64,000 nucleotides of DNA from an uncultured Gemmatimonadaceae bacterium (GCA_963761305.1 CAVXGK010000001.1:1536001-1600000); one strand, 5' to 3'; counted from the stretch's first letter, positions 46,188 to 59,607 are shown. Notes: generated by a model from the letters alone, not told the origin. Numbers and translations: made by a program.

Positions 46188-47311
46188 TGAGACGCAAGGC
46201 GATTCTGACGGGCTTGTTGGCGATCGCCGGCTGCGGCGGCCGAGGCGGCGATTCCGCCACGACGCAGCCCGTCGACAAGACCTGCCAACAGGATCCGACG
46301 CAAGCCAAGTGCACCGTGGCCGCGACCACGTTGCGCGGACTCGCCTCGGCGCGTGGACGGTCGTTCGGCGTCGCGGTCGACGCGATCTTCTTCGGCGCCA
46401 ATCCGGCCGCGTACGACACGGTCGCCGCTCGCGAGTTCAACCTGATCGTCGCCGCCAACGTGATGAAGTGGGGCTCGATCCACCGCGATTCGCGTTACTC
46501 CTACCGCTGGACGAGTCCCGACGCGATGGTCGCATTCGCGCAGGCGAACGGCATGAAGGTTCGCGGTCACAATCTCGCGTGGTACCAGCAGAATCCCGCG
46601 TGGCTCACGAACGCGACCTGGGATCCGGAAACGCTCAAGGTCGTGCTCAAGGAGCACATCGACAGCGTCGTTGGACACTACAAGGGAAAGATCATCGCGT
46701 GGGACGTCGTGAACGAAGCCTTCAACGACGGGACCGGTTCGCTCCGCGTGACCGGATCGCCGTGGGCGACGACGCTCGGCGCCGGGTACATCGACATCGC
46801 ATTCCAGGAAGCGCGCGCGGCGGATCCGGCGGCACTGCTCTTCTACAACGACTACAATCTCGAGACGCCGGGCTTGAAGCAGGATTCGGTATTCGCTCGG
46901 CTCAGCAGCATGAAGACGCGCGGCATTCCGATCGACGGCATCGGATTCCAGTCGCACTTTCAAGTCAACGCCGACGCCACCGGTGTGCCGTCCAAAGAAA
47001 CGCTCGTCGCGACCTTCAACCGGTTCGCCGCGCTCGGCATCAAGATTCACATCACCGAACTCGACATCCGCGTCCGTACTCCCGGCGCGAGCGCAGCCGA
47101 ACTCGCGGCGCAGAGTGCGGGGTTCACCGCGGTGACGTCGGCGTGTCTCGCCGTGCCGGCGTGCGAAGCGATGGTGACCTGGGGACTCAACGACGGCGAG
47201 TCGTGGGTGCCGAGCACGTTCCCGGGCTACGGCCAGGCGCTGCTGTTCGATGATTCGTATTCGAGGAAAGCAACGTATACGGCGGTGAGCAACGCGCTCG
47301 CGGCGCCGTGA
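46184..47311 (+). CDS. GH10 endo-1,4-beta-xylanase lipoprotein (second copy)
   Basis: Lipobox IAGC. NVMKW, RGHNLAW, WDVVNE, YNDY, GFQSH and ITELD motifs. Confidence 0.92.
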   Translation: MMRRKAILTGLLAIAGCGGRGGDSATTQPVDKTCQQDPTQAKCTVAATTLRGLASARGRSFGVAVDAIFFGANPAAYDTVAAREFNLIVAANVMKWGSIHRDSRYSYRWTSPDAMVAFAQANGMKVRGHNLAWYQQNPAWLTNATWDPETLKVVLKEHIDSVVGHYKGKIIAWDVVNEAFNDGTGSLRVTGSPWATTLGAGYIDIAFQEARAADPAALLFYNDYNLETPGLKQDSVFARLSSMKTRGIPIDGIGFQSHFQVNADATGVPSKETLVATFNRFAALGIKIHITELDIRVRTPGASAAELAAQSAGFTAVTSACLAVPACEAMVTWGLNDGESWVPSTFPGYGQALLFDDSYSRKATYTAVSNALAAP

Positions 47312-47500
47312 TGACGGGCTCGACCGCGGCAGCCTGACCGTCCCGGGGTACCGGGAAGCGAAACGGGCGACGCTCAGGTCTTCGGAGGTGCGGACCGTGC
47401 CGCTTGCCAAGTTCGATCAAGGCGGTAACGTCTTTGGGCGAAATGGACGGCTCCGTGATTCCGACCGGCGCCGGGAACTCCGCCAGAACGCAAGACACGC

Positions 47501-49453
47501 ATGGGCCACGCGGTCAGAGCGCGACCGGATCACGGCGTACCTCGCAGATTCCAGGCTGCGTTAATCGTAGGTATGCTGGTGATCGGTGCGGCGACGAGCG
47601 ACGCTCAGTCCCCGGTGAAACAGGTCCTGATGCTGCAATCGCTCGAGCGCGGGAACCTGACGCTCGATCACTTCACCGGCGAGTTCCGCATGAGCCTGGA
47701 CCAACACGTCGGGAAACCCGTGAACGTCGTCCAGGTGGTCGTGGGCCCGACAGGGGCTGTCGGCGCGGCCGAATCCGCCGTCCTCGACTACATCCGATCG
47801 ATGTATGCCGATCGTCCGCCCCCGGACCTCATCGTGACTGTCGCCGGCCCTGCGGCTGTATTCGCGCGGAAGTATCGACGGCAGCTTTTCCCCGAGACGC
47901 CGCTCCTTTTCGCTGCCCTGGATCAGCGATGGTTCAGCGGCGCGCAACTTGGCAAAAACGAGAGTGCGGTCGCGGTGGCCCATGACTACCCTCGCCTGAT
48001 CGACGACATCTTGCGGGTGCTCCCCGAAACCAAACAGGTGTTCATGGTGACCGGGTCCGGATCCATCGGACGGTTTTGGCGTCAAGAGCTCGAGACCGCG
48101 TTCTCGCGATTTCGCGATCGCCTGACATTTATCTGGTCTGACGACTTGTCGCTTCCGGATGTCCTGAGCCGCGCCGCCGGCCTTCCGAGCCACTCGGCGA
48201 TCGTCTATCTCAGCTTCGGCACAGACGCGCAGGGCGGGGCGTACGCGAGCGAGCAAGTGATCGCCGGCCTTCACGCCAGAGCGAATGCTCCCGTATTTGC
48301 ATCGCAGACCCCGGAGTTCGGATTTGGAATTGTCGGCGGGTCGATGATGTCGATCGACTCCCTTGCGCGCAGAACCGCCGGCGTCGCCAGTCGAATCCTG
48401 AATGGCGAGCCACCCGAAAGCCTGAGGGTCGCGCCGCAATTGGCAGGTCAACCGATGTTCGACTCGCGCGAGTTGCAGCGATGGGGCATCCCCGACAGTC
48501 GGCTGCCGCCCGGAAGCGTCGTGCGCTTTCGTGCGCCGAGCCTGTGGGCTGAGCACAAGACCACGGTTCTCGCGGCGTTTGGCGCGCTGGTCCTCCAGAC
48601 GTTCCTGATCGCGCTGCTTCTGTATGAGCGTCGCGCACGGCATCGCGCCGAGATCGACAGCCGGCGGAATCTGTCTCTCGCCACCGACGCCAACCGCCGC
48701 GAGACGATCTCGGCCCTGACGGCTTCGATAGGCCATGAGCTCGGGCAACCTCTCACGGCGATCGTGCACAACGCCGAGGCGCTTCAGATGATGGTCACGT
48801 CCGGTGGGGCGGTACCTAACACGACCACGCGGGAGATTTTGGCCGACATCAACGCGGAAGCCGTCCTCGCCACGCAGATCGTCGAACGCCATCGGACGAT
48901 GCTCCGCGGTCATCAACTGCACAAGAAGCCGCTCGACGTCCACTCCGTGATCTATGAAACTCTGGCGCTCGTCGCCCACGACATGAGAGCGAGGCGGATC
49001 GAGACGACCCTCGATTTGTCGTCGACTCCGTGCATCGTGGACGGGGATCAAGTGCTTCTGCAGCAGGTGCTCGTCAACTTGGTCAGGAACGCCATGGACG
49101 CGATGGCCGAGGCACCGCTGGCGGTGCGTCGCATGACGATAGGAACCGCGGCCAGAGCGGGCGACGTCGACATTTCCATATGCGACACTGGAAAGGGATT
49201 GGCGCCGGAAATCATCGGCACACTGTTCACACCGTTCGTCACGACGAAATCGCATGGTCTTGGGGTAGGCCTCACGATCGCCCAGAGGATCGTCGAAGCT
49301 CATGCCGGGACCATCGCCGTCCACGAGAACGTCGATGGCGGGGCGACTTTCACCGTCACGCTGCGCCGCAGCGCGACGTCGGGCGACGCGCCGGACGGCC
49401 GGACATTGCCGGCCCATCGTGAGAGCACCGCGTCCGCCGTCGATCGTGATTGA
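47501..49453 (+). CDS. Membrane sensor histidine kinase with a large periplasmic domain
   Basis: N-terminal signal/TM, ~320-aa periplasmic region, TM, then GHELGQPL, NLVRNA, DTGKG and GLGVGL motifs. Confidence 0.88.
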   Translation: MGHAVRARPDHGVPRRFQAALIVGMLVIGAATSDAQSPVKQVLMLQSLERGNLTLDHFTGEFRMSLDQHVGKPVNVVQVVVGPTGAVGAAESAVLDYIRSMYADRPPPDLIVTVAGPAAVFARKYRRQLFPETPLLFAALDQRWFSGAQLGKNESAVAVAHDYPRLIDDILRVLPETKQVFMVTGSGSIGRFWRQELETAFSRFRDRLTFIWSDDLSLPDVLSRAAGLPSHSAIVYLSFGTDAQGGAYASEQVIAGLHARANAPVFASQTPEFGFGIVGGSMMSIDSLARRTAGVASRILNGEPPESLRVAPQLAGQPMFDSRELQRWGIPDSRLPPGSVVRFRAPSLWAEHKTTVLAAFGALVLQTFLIALLLYERRARHRAEIDSRRNLSLATDANRRETISALTASIGHELGQPLTAIVHNAEALQMMVTSGGAVPNTTTREILADINAEAVLATQIVERHRTMLRGHQLHKKPLDVHSVIYETLALVAHDMRARRIETTLDLSSTPCIVDGDQVLLQQVLVNLVRNAMDAMAEAPLAVRRMTIGTAARAGDVDISICDTGKGLAPEIIGTLFTPFVTTKSHGLGVGLTIAQRIVEAHAGTIAVHENVDGGATFTVTLRRSATSGDAPDGRTLPAHRESTASAVDRD

Positions 49454-49472
49454 CGTCGCCCACGACCGACGC

Positions 49473-52126
49473 CTACTCCACGCGGATCGTCTTCTCCAGC
49501 CGTATGTCAGCCGACGACGCGCCGACTCGTAGGCGAATCGGCTCAGACTCGACAATCCAGCCGTGCTGCTGCGCGTTCCAGTACGCGAGGGATTTTGCGG
49601 CGACCTTGAGCGAGACCGTCTTCGTCTCGCCAGGCGCGAGCGACACGCGCCTGTAGCCGCGCAGATCTTCCTTCGGCCGCTCGACCGACGAGCCCTCGTG
49701 CGTCACGTAGAGCTGAACGACCTCGTCGCCATCGCGAGACCCTGTATTCGTCACGTCCACGCTGACCGTGACTGATCCATCCTTCGGGAGCACGTCGGCG
49801 CTCGTTCGAATGTTCTTGTACGCGAAGGTCGTGTAGCTCAGCCCGAAGCCGAACCGGTAGAGCGGCGTGCCGTTGAAGAACCGGTAGGTGCGACCGGCCA
49901 TCTTGTAGTCGTCGAACGGCGGGAGGTCGTTCACACTTTTGTAAAATGTCACCGGCAGACGGCCGGCCGGGTTGTAGTTGCCGAACAGCACGTCGGCGAT
50001 CGCCGTCCCAGACGCTTGTCCCGGATACCACGCCTCGACGATCGCCGGCACGTGCTCTTGCGCCCAATTCACGGCGACCGCGCTGCCGCTCATCAGAACC
50101 AGCACTGTCGGCTTGCCGAGCGCGACGACCTTCTCCATCAGTCGTTCCTGCGACGCCGGCAGGTCGAGGCTCGTACGATCACCGCCGCGGAAGCCGTCGA
50201 TTTGCACCGGCATCTCTTCGCCTTCGAGTCGGGCGGTGAGTCCGAGCGCGAGCACCACGACGTCGGCCTGCCGAGCGGCGTCGAGCGCCTGCGCCTCGAG
50301 CGCGTCGTGCGGCGCGGACCACAAGAGCTGCAAGTCGGCGAGGCCGTACGTCTCTTCGGCGTCGACGCGAATGCGATACGATCGGCCCGCTTGAAGCGTG
50401 AGCGGCGCGGCCTGCGCAAGCCGAGGGTCGGGAAACTCGCCGTCGTGCGACGGATACACCGACTGCGTGATCAAGCTGTCGTCGAGGTACAGTTGGAATT
50501 TCACCGTGCCGATGAGCCCGAGCCGATACGTGCCGGTCACCGGCGCGCGCAGCGTGCCCGACCAGCGCACCGCGAAGTCGTCCGGATTCATGTCGCCGCG
50601 CGGCGCGCCGTCCCGCCAGTTCACGTCGAGCGTCGAATCCACGCGCGTGAACAGCGGCGTGCCTTGAAGGACGTGCGAGTTGAAGTACTCGCCCGTGAGT
50701 CCCGGCTTGCCGTCGCGCGACGACAGGACGCTCGCCGGCACGACGTCCAGCACCGGAAATCCGTCGGCGAGATCGGATCCGACGGCGTAGAGGACACGCG
50801 CGTGCGGCAAGGCTTCGCGGATGCCGCGGAGCGGCGTGATCGGATCCGACGGATTCCCGTTGTAGTTGCCGACGAGCATGCGCCACTGATCGGCGTTGGG
50901 CCCGATCACCGCGACCGTCTTGAGTGTTTTCGACAGCGGCAGCGTGTTGCCCTCGTTCTTGAGCAGCACGATCGACTCGCGCGCCGTGTGGAACGCGAGC
51001 GCATGATGCGCCGGCGAGTCGAGGTCGCTGATCGGGATGCGCGACCAACGCACCTTCGATTGGTCATCGAACATTCCGAGCTTGAATCGCGCCAGGAACA
51101 ACCGATACACCGACGTGTCGATCTGTGTCTCGGTGATCAGACCTTGCTTGACCGCGTCGGGCAGACTCGGCGTGTACGTCCGCGACGAATTGGCTGAGGT
51201 GATCGAGCACTCGAGGTCCGTGCCGGTCTTCACGCCATCCGCCGCCGCTTCGGCGGGCGTCGCGGCGTACTTGTGGCGGCGATGGATGTCGTCGATCGCG
51301 CCGCAGTCGCTCACGACGTAGCCGGGGAATTTCCACTCGTCGCGCAGAATGTCGCGCAGCAACATGTCGCTCGCGCACGCCGGCTTGCCGTCGATGCTGT
51401 TGTACGCGCACATGAGCGAGTACGCTCCGCCCTCGCGAATCCCCATCTCGAAGTGCGGCAGATAGCTCTCGCGCAAATCGCGCTCGCTCACGACGGCATC
51501 GAACGTGTGGCGCTCCGGCTCGGGACCGCTGTGCACCGCGAAGTGCTTCACCGTCGAGACGGTCTTCAGATACGTCGGATCGTCGCCCTGCAGACCCTTG
51601 ATGAATTGCACGGCCATCGTGCCGGTGAGGTACGGATCCTCACCGTACGTCTCCTGTCCTCTGCCCCATCGCGGATCGCGGAACAGGTTGATGTTGGGCG
51701 ACCAGAACGTGAGACCCTGATAGCGCTGATGGCTGTCGTGCGCGATGTAGTCGTGATACTTGGCGCGCGCCTCGTCCGAGATCACCGTCGCCACCCGCAA
51801 TATGAGGCTGTCGTTCCACGTCGCGGCGAGACCGATCGCCTGCGGAAACACCGTCGCCAATCCGGAGCGCGCCACGCCGTGCAGCGCTTCGTTCCACCAG
51901 TTGTACTCGGGCACGCCGAGCCGCGGGATGGCCGGCGCGACGTCGTTCATCTGCGCGACTTTTTCGTCGAGTGTCATGCGCGACACGAGATCCCTGGCGC
52001 GCTGCTCGAACGTGAGCGACTGGTCGAGGTACGGCGCCACAGCCGTAACGCTCTGCGCATGAATCGCGAGCGGCCACACGAACAGCACCGACGTCCCGAA
52101 CACGCAAAGGGCCGAGCGATGTCGTC

Positions 52127-52130
<4 letters not shown>
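49473..52130 (-). CDS. Secreted GH3 beta-xylosidase with PA14 insertion
   Basis: WWNEALHG, WSPNINLFRDPRWGRGQETYGEDP and VSDCGAI motifs. PA14-like GLTGEYF...FAVRWSG segment. LEGEE. Signal peptide. Confidence 0.93.
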
Positions 52131-53157
<1,027 letters not shown>

Positions 53158-53161
<4 letters not shown>

Positions 53162-56100
53162 GGCGACGCGTAGGCGTACATGCCCAGCATGGTGCCCACG
53201 AACCCGCCCGCGTGCTTGGTGCTCAGGATCGTGCCGTCGGCGTCGCGCAGCAGCGGCAGCCATTCGCCGGCGCGCCGGCCATAGTAGAAGTCGTATCGAC
53301 CACCGCGCGCGGCGATCTTGAGAAACACCGTGGCGTCGTTCGAGAGATGGATAGGCGCGCTGGCGATCACGCTGTCCTTGGCGCGCGCGCCGTCCGACAT
53401 CTCGACCCGCACGACGGTGGAATCCCCGGCGCGCGCCACACCGATGAAGTAGTGGTGCGTCTCGTTCTGAAAGGCGACGAGGCCCGCCTTGTCGCCCGTG
53501 CGCTCCGGAACGAACCGCATCGCCGCCGACGCGCTCGCCGTGATGTGCTGCTGGCGGCGTCCGACGAACGACGGTTGCCCCGGTCCGCTGATGTCGTCGC
53601 TGCGCGCCTGAATCGTGAGCCAACCCGGCGTCGATGCCAGATCCCACCATTTCGTGCGCGTCGTTCGCATGAACGTCCAATACTTCGCGAGCGCCACGTC
53701 GGAGAAATCGTCTCGCACCGAGAAGTTGCCGTCGCCGACGGGAATTGGACTCGATGCGCTCGGAAGCTTGGGACGCGTCGACTCGTACGGCACGGTCGCG
53801 GTGCCGGCAAGAATGACGGGCCATCCGTCGGTCCATCGCACGGGCAGCAGAAACGTCTCGCGCCCGATGTTGTACTTGTCGTCCTCGTAGGGACGCGTGC
53901 CGAGGAAGACGGCCCACCATTCGCCGTTCTGCGTCTCGACGAAATCTGCGTGACCGGTCGACGTCACGGGAAACGGGCGCGAGGGATCGAGATGCCGCTG
54001 CGTGAGAATCGGGTTGCCGCCGTACGGCGTGTACGGTCCCAACGGCGACGACGCGCGGAACACGACCTCCGAATGCTGCTCCGCCGTGCCGCCCTCGGCG
54101 CAGATCAGATAGTACTGCCCCTTCACCTTCAGAATGTGCGGCGCCTCGATCCAGATCGGTTTCTTCGCGAGATCGACGCCGCCGTTCACGAGCACCGACC
54201 TCGGCCCCACCATCTTTTTGCTCGCGACGTCGTACTGCTGCACCCAGATCGCCCGGTGCCCCTCGTACAACGGCGTGCCCACCGGCGGTCCGTTGTTGGT
54301 GATGTACGCTTTGCCGTCGTCGTCGAAGAAGAGCGACGGATCGATGCCGTCCACCTCGTGCAGCCAGATGGGGTCGGACCACGGGCCGGCCGGATCCTTC
54401 GCCGTCACGATGAAGTTGCCGCCGTGGTCGACGAGCGTGGTGATCATATAAAACGTGCCGTCGTGAAAGCGGATCACCGGCGCGAAGATGCCGCGCGAGA
54501 TCCCGGCGCTGTCCACGGGGAGCTGCGACGGCCGATCGAGCACGCTGCCGATCTGCGTCCAGTGCACGAGATCGGCGCTGCGGAAGATCGGCACGCCCGG
54601 GTAGTACACGAAGCTGGACGTGACCAGATAATACTCGTTGCCGGCGCGTGTGATGCTCGGATCCGGATAGAATCCGGCGAGAATCGGATTGAAGAACCGA
54701 TCGGCGCCCGGCGTGAGCGTTTTGTAAACGCTGTCCTGTCCGTCGTACTGGAACCAGTCGAAGCGCGCGACCGGCGTGTTCCGCCGAGCCGCCGCGGGCG
54801 CGACGTCTCCGTCGGCGCTGTCGTCGCCGGAATGATCACCACTCGTCGCCGACGACGACGGCTTGGCCGGCGTCCACCGATCGAAGCTCTCCGGCGGACC
54901 GAGGTAGGTCTGCGGCAACGGACGCGGCGAGATCACGAGCCGTTGCACCACGACGCCCGGGTCCACCATCCAGAACTTGAGCACGTGCTGGCCGGCGCGT
55001 GCGATCGTGTGCGTCGTCACCACGTCGAGAATGTTGTTGGCGACGGCGCGCTCCCACGCGCGCTGCGAGGTGTCCGGCCACGCGTCCACGACTTGCGGCG
55101 GCTCGTCGTCGATCGAGACGGCGTAGCGAAGACCGGTGGCGGCGCCGGTGAAGTTGAGTGTCGGAGAGAGATACGCGTGCACCTGCACCGTACCGCTGTC
55201 GAACATGAACAGGTCGTACTCGAGCCGGGGCGAGTTGCCGCCCGGAACAACGCTCGGCGACGTGACCGGTGCCGGCGTGATGCCCGACGCCGCTTTGCCG
55301 AGATTCGGCACACGAACCCACGTCAACGACCCTCTCCCCAACTCACGCGAGAAATGCTCGGCGTCGATCGCGATCAAGCCATTCGTTTCGATGAATCCCG
55401 AGACGGCGTCGCGCTTGGGTGAGGACGGATAGTCGATCGGTGCCTGGACGACGATGGCGGACTTACGCGGCCCGGTGATCGTGATCGGCACGCGGCTCGC
55501 GCCGAAGGGCGCCTTGGTCCAGTCGACCGTCACCGCGAGCCGGCTCTCCTTCGCGATCGTGCCCTTGGCCGGCGAGACGGCGACCCATGGCTGTGCGGCG
55601 GAGGCGGTGAATGCGAACGACGTCTTTCCTCGATTGTAGACGTCGATGTGATACGTCGGCCGCGTGTACGGATCGAACGGCGGTAACGAGAGCTCACGCG
55701 ACGCGACCTGGCCTCGCGGCGGCGGCGGGCGGTTCTCTTCGACCACCGCGACGCCCATTTCGGCGGCGATGGGAAGCGGAATCGTGTCGACGCGCGGCAT
55801 TACGTTCTTGGGCGGCTCCTGCCAATACGTGTAGCCGATGTGCGTCTGGTCCATCATGTGGTCCCACTTTCCGCCGGCCAGCTTCGTGTTGTAGTAGCGC
55901 GTGATCTCGGCGTCCTTGTCGAACAGGCGGCGCGCGCTGTCGGCGAGGTCGTTCGTCGCCGCGCGCCACTGCGCCGCGTACATGTGATTTCGCGCGGCGG
56001 TGACGTAGAGCTTGTTGAGATTCGCCGCCGCCTCGATCGGATGCAGCACGAGCTCGTAGTAGGCGTCGTGTGTGTTCGGCGCGAGCGTGGCGCCGACCTT

Positions 56101-57786
56101 CGTCGCCACCGCGAGCAACGAGTCGTACGACGCGACGATGCGCTCGGCTTCGCGATAGTTCGCGAGGCTGTACGTCGCCGTGTCGAGGAGCTCCGGTTTT
56201 CGGCGCGCGGCGAAGGTGAGCGTTCGCGTGACGATGTCGGCCACCTCCGTCGAGCGCTCGAACCCGAACTGCTGCGACGCCCACGCGCGCGTGTACGCCG
56301 GCAGTCCCGCGGCGGTGATGCGCGAAGGATTCCACGCATAGTCGAGGAAGAACGAGATCGGAAATTCCATCGGCTTCAGATCGCCGACGTTCACGATCCA
56401 GATGCGGCGCGCGCCGTAGTCGTACGCGAGGTGCATCTGCTCCCAGACGCGCGCGATCGGATTCGTGTTGATCCACTTGTAGTTGCGCGGCCCGCCGACG
56501 TAGTCGAAATGGTAGTAGATCCCGAAGCCGCCGGCGCGCGCTGTGTCGGCGCGCGCGGGCAGCCGCCGGATGTCGCCCCAGTTGTCGTCGGAAAAGAGGA
56601 GCGTGACGTCGTCCGGCACGCGCATGCCCTTGTCGTAGTAGTCCTGCACTTCCTTGTAGAGCGCCCAGACCTGCGGCGTCTGCGACGCCGGCTTCCCCGT
56701 GACCGAGGCGATGATGTCGCGCTGGTCGTGCACGATGCGCTCGAGGAGCGCGACGTTGCTCCCCGTCGTCATCGGCTTGTCGCCGTCGCCGCGCATGCCG
56801 ATCGTGACGATGCTCTCGTGCGTTCCCATGTGGCGAATGCCGTCCGTCCAGAACGCGCGCAGCGTGGAGTCGTTGCGCTCGTAGTTCCACTCGCCTTTGC
56901 CGTAGCGCTTCCATTCCTGCTGCGCGCGCATCATCGGCTCGTGGTGCGACGTGCCCATCACGATCCCGTAGTCGTCGGCGAGTTGCGGGTCGGCTTTGTC
57001 GTCGTCGTTGAACGCGTTGCCCCACATCGCGGGCCACAGATAGTTGCCCTTGAGACGCAGGATCAGCTCGAACACCTTCTCGTAGAACTGGTGGTTGATC
57101 CCGCCGAACTTCTCCTTGGCCCAGCCGGTGAGCGCCGGCGCTTCGTCGTTGAGGAAGATCCCGCGGTACCTCACCGCCGGCTCGCCGTCGCTGTGGGCGC
57201 CCGGGAGCACGTAGAGCGCCGGCTTGTGGCGCACGGGCACGTCGGCCCACCAGGTCCACGGCGACACGCCGATCGCCGCTGAGACGTCGTACAGCCCGTA
57301 GATCGTCCCCCGCTTGTCGCTTCCCGCGATGATCAGCGCGCGATCGATCCCCTCGGTGGGGTGTTCGACAATTTGAATGAGGAATGTCTCCCACCGCCCC
57401 GATACGCGCGAAACGTCCAGCGTGCCCTCGTGCACGAGTCCGTCGATGAACGCGTTGTGCCCGAGCGTTCCGGCCACGATCACCGTGCGCGTCTTTGCCG
57501 GCATCACCGAGTCCACCGTGATGACGGGCGCCCCGGCGCCGCCGGCGACGCGTCCCAGGTCGGCCGCCAGGTCCTTCGCCGCGCGCTGCACTCCGACGAA
57601 ATCGGCCGGACTCACCACGAGCCGAGTCGCGTGGCTGGCGGCGATGAGCGGGAATCGTCCCGCCCCCTCCGCCGGCGTTACATATGAAGGCGTCTGGCCA
57701 CCCGCTCCGAGGCTAGCGCCAAACGCGAGAGATGCTGTGACCAGATGTCTCTTGGAACGCGACAACATGACGTGACCCATTGTCAT
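53158..57786 (-). CDS. GH115 alpha-glucuronidase fused to GH43 beta-xylosidase/arabinofuranosidase
   Basis: GH115 motifs GSDKRGTIYG, YRGIFLNDE, LWPAMW, SHHEPM, GMRGDGD, YYHFDY and NVGDLKP. GH43 motifs NPILAGFYPDPS, GIDPS, WIEAPH and GRETFL. The start is 57786 (ATGA overlap) or 57768. Confidence 0.92.
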
Positions 57787-58259
57787 TGAACGGGATCTAG
57801 TGCTCCTCGTTGACCCGCAGCCATTACCGCGGTGTCCTTCGGCGGCATTGGGGGCGCCGGATCCACTCCAACCGGATGCGTCGAAACGTAGATGACCCCG
57901 GCTGCATGACCGACGCCCCATCGTCCCGTCGCCGCCACCCCATCGAAGAACCGCATGTAGTAGATCGTGTTCGCCGCGATTTCTCGCAGCGTATCCGTCC
58001 CGCCGAGCCGAGTGTTGTCGACGTAGACCAGCACCTCGCTCGGGGTCTGGAAGCTGTCCGTACCGCGGGCCCTCAACCAGTTCGAGCGCAACGACTCGAC
58101 CGCGTCGTACGCCGTGTTGAAATGGTTTTCCGCGATTTGCTCCTTGGTCAACATGCCGTGGTCGCGAACGTCGCCCGTCTTCGGAGCGCCGCGCGCGGCA
58201 CAGCCGTTCACCAAGAATGCAGCAGCCAATACCACGCACCGCACCAATCGTGGACGCAT
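57783..58259 (-). CDS. Small lipoprotein resembling a stand-alone TonB-dependent receptor plug domain
   Basis: Lipobox VNGC. TAYDAV..LR, VYVDN and DGVAATGRWG.GHAAGVIYVST segments parallel the SusC plug motif. Confidence 0.65.
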   Translation of the reverse strand: MRPRLVRCVVLAAAFLVNGCAARGAPKTGDVRDHGMLTKEQIAENHFNTAYDAVESLRSNWLRARGTDSFQTPSEVLVYVDNTRLGGTDTLREIAANTIYYMRFFDGVAATGRWGVGHAAGVIYVSTHPVGVDPAPPMPPKDTAVMAAGQRGALDPVQ

Positions 58260-58376
58260 GACGTGCCTCCGGCCGGGGGGACGCCGGTGATCGGTCGCAA
58301 ACTTGCGGCCGCTCGTCTGAACCTGTCTTGCAGGGCTGTGATCGGCAAGAACTCGCAAGTCACGTGCGAAGCGATC

Positions 58377-59591
58377 TCAGCGAGATCCGAGCGGCGGCAC
58401 CGGGCCGACCACGAACCGCACCGGAATCCCGCCGTTCCGCGTCGCGAAACGCTCGCGCAGATCGAGGCCGATCTGGGCCTCGAGACGCCGCTCCGCGAGC
58501 AGCAGTCCGAGCGTCCAACCGGGAAGCTTGGCCCGGGCGACGTTCCCGATCTGCGCGTACAAATTCCGGAGCCGATCCCGTTCGCCGACCCGCAGACCAT
58601 ACGGCGGGTTCGATACGATCCAACCGCCGCTCCCCGACGACTCGACCGCCGAGATGGGCGCGACGACAAACGCGATGTCCCCGGCGACCCCCGCCCGCTC
58701 GGCGTTGGCGAGCGCGGCGGCGATCGCTCCGCGATCGCGATCGGACGCCGAGATCGGCGCGAGAACGCCGGGTAGCTCCGCCGCACGCGCTTTGTCGACG
58801 AGGTGGCGCCACGCGCCGGCGTCGAACTCCGGCCAGTCGTGAAAGGCGAACCGGCGGTCGCGGCCGGGCGCGATTCGCCGCGCCATCCGCGCCGCCTCGA
58901 TCGCGATCGTGCCGGAGCCGCACATCGGGTCGATCAGCGGCGCGTCCGTCGTCCAGCCGGCGCCGAGGATCATGGCCGCGGCGATCGTCTCGCGGAGCGG
59001 AGCCTTCGCCAACTGCTGGCGGTATCCGCGAAGGTGCAGCAGCGCGCCCGACGCATCGGCGCTCACGGTGCACACGTCGTGGAGCAATCGAACGACGAAC
59101 AACTGGCCGGTCGACTCGACCGCCGACGTTTTCGTTTTCATTTTCGTTGCCGGGGTCGTGTCGTCGGAGTCGTCCACGGTCGGCTTTGCGATTTCGATTC
59201 GAACGCCCGGAACACGGCGAGTGACGGCGTCGGCGAGACGCTGCGCGACGGCATCGCTGTGGTAGAGCTTCGACTTCCGGCACGTCACTCGAAATCGTAC
59301 GATCGACGCCGGAGTGACGAATCGATCCCAGGCGATTCGGCGGGCGGCAGGCTCCAGCTCGTAAAACGCCGTTGCCTTGAACTCGGCGACTCGCACGAGC
59401 ACGCGGCTGGCCGTCCGGAGCCACAGGTTCGCGAGAGCCACCGTCTCGAGAGAACCGCGCCACGCGACACCTCCGTCATCCACCTTGGCCCGCACGCCCA
59501 GCGCGGCCAACTCGGCGGCGCAGATCGCTTCGAGCCCGGGGGCGGTGACCGCGAACGCGTCGGCCTGGTTACGCTGGTGTATGGCTGCCAC
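58377..59591 (-). CDS. THUMP-domain RNA methyltransferase (RlmL-like)
   Basis: APGLE, NLWLRTASRV, SKLYH, LHLRGYR, APLRETIAAA, DPMCGSGT and SNPPYG motifs. The exact start is uncertain. Confidence 0.88.
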   Translation of the reverse strand: MAAIHQRNQADAFAVTAPGLEAICAAELAALGVRAKVDDGGVAWRGSLETVALANLWLRTASRVLVRVAEFKATAFYELEPAARRIAWDRFVTPASIVRFRVTCRKSKLYHSDAVAQRLADAVTRRVPGVRIEIAKPTVDDSDDTTPATKMKTKTSAVESTGQLFVVRLLHDVCTVSADASGALLHLRGYRQQLAKAPLRETIAAAMILGAGWTTDAPLIDPMCGSGTIAIEAARMARRIAPGRDRRFAFHDWPEFDAGAWRHLVDKARAAELPGVLAPISASDRDRGAIAAALANAERAGVAGDIAFVVAPISAVESSGSGGWIVSNPPYGLRVGERDRLRNLYAQIGNVARAKLPGWTLGLLLAERRLEAQIGLDLRERFATRNGGIPVRFVVGPVPPLGSR

Positions 59592-59607
59592 GGGACGAAC
59601 TTATCGC

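Noticed and set aside
59125..59150. Hexamer micro-repeat (ACGAAA-like) in the methyltransferase that reads NENENEN in another frame
   Set aside because: The main frame stays open (TKMKTKT) in a variable loop, with conserved motifs on both sides, so there is no evidence of a frameshift.
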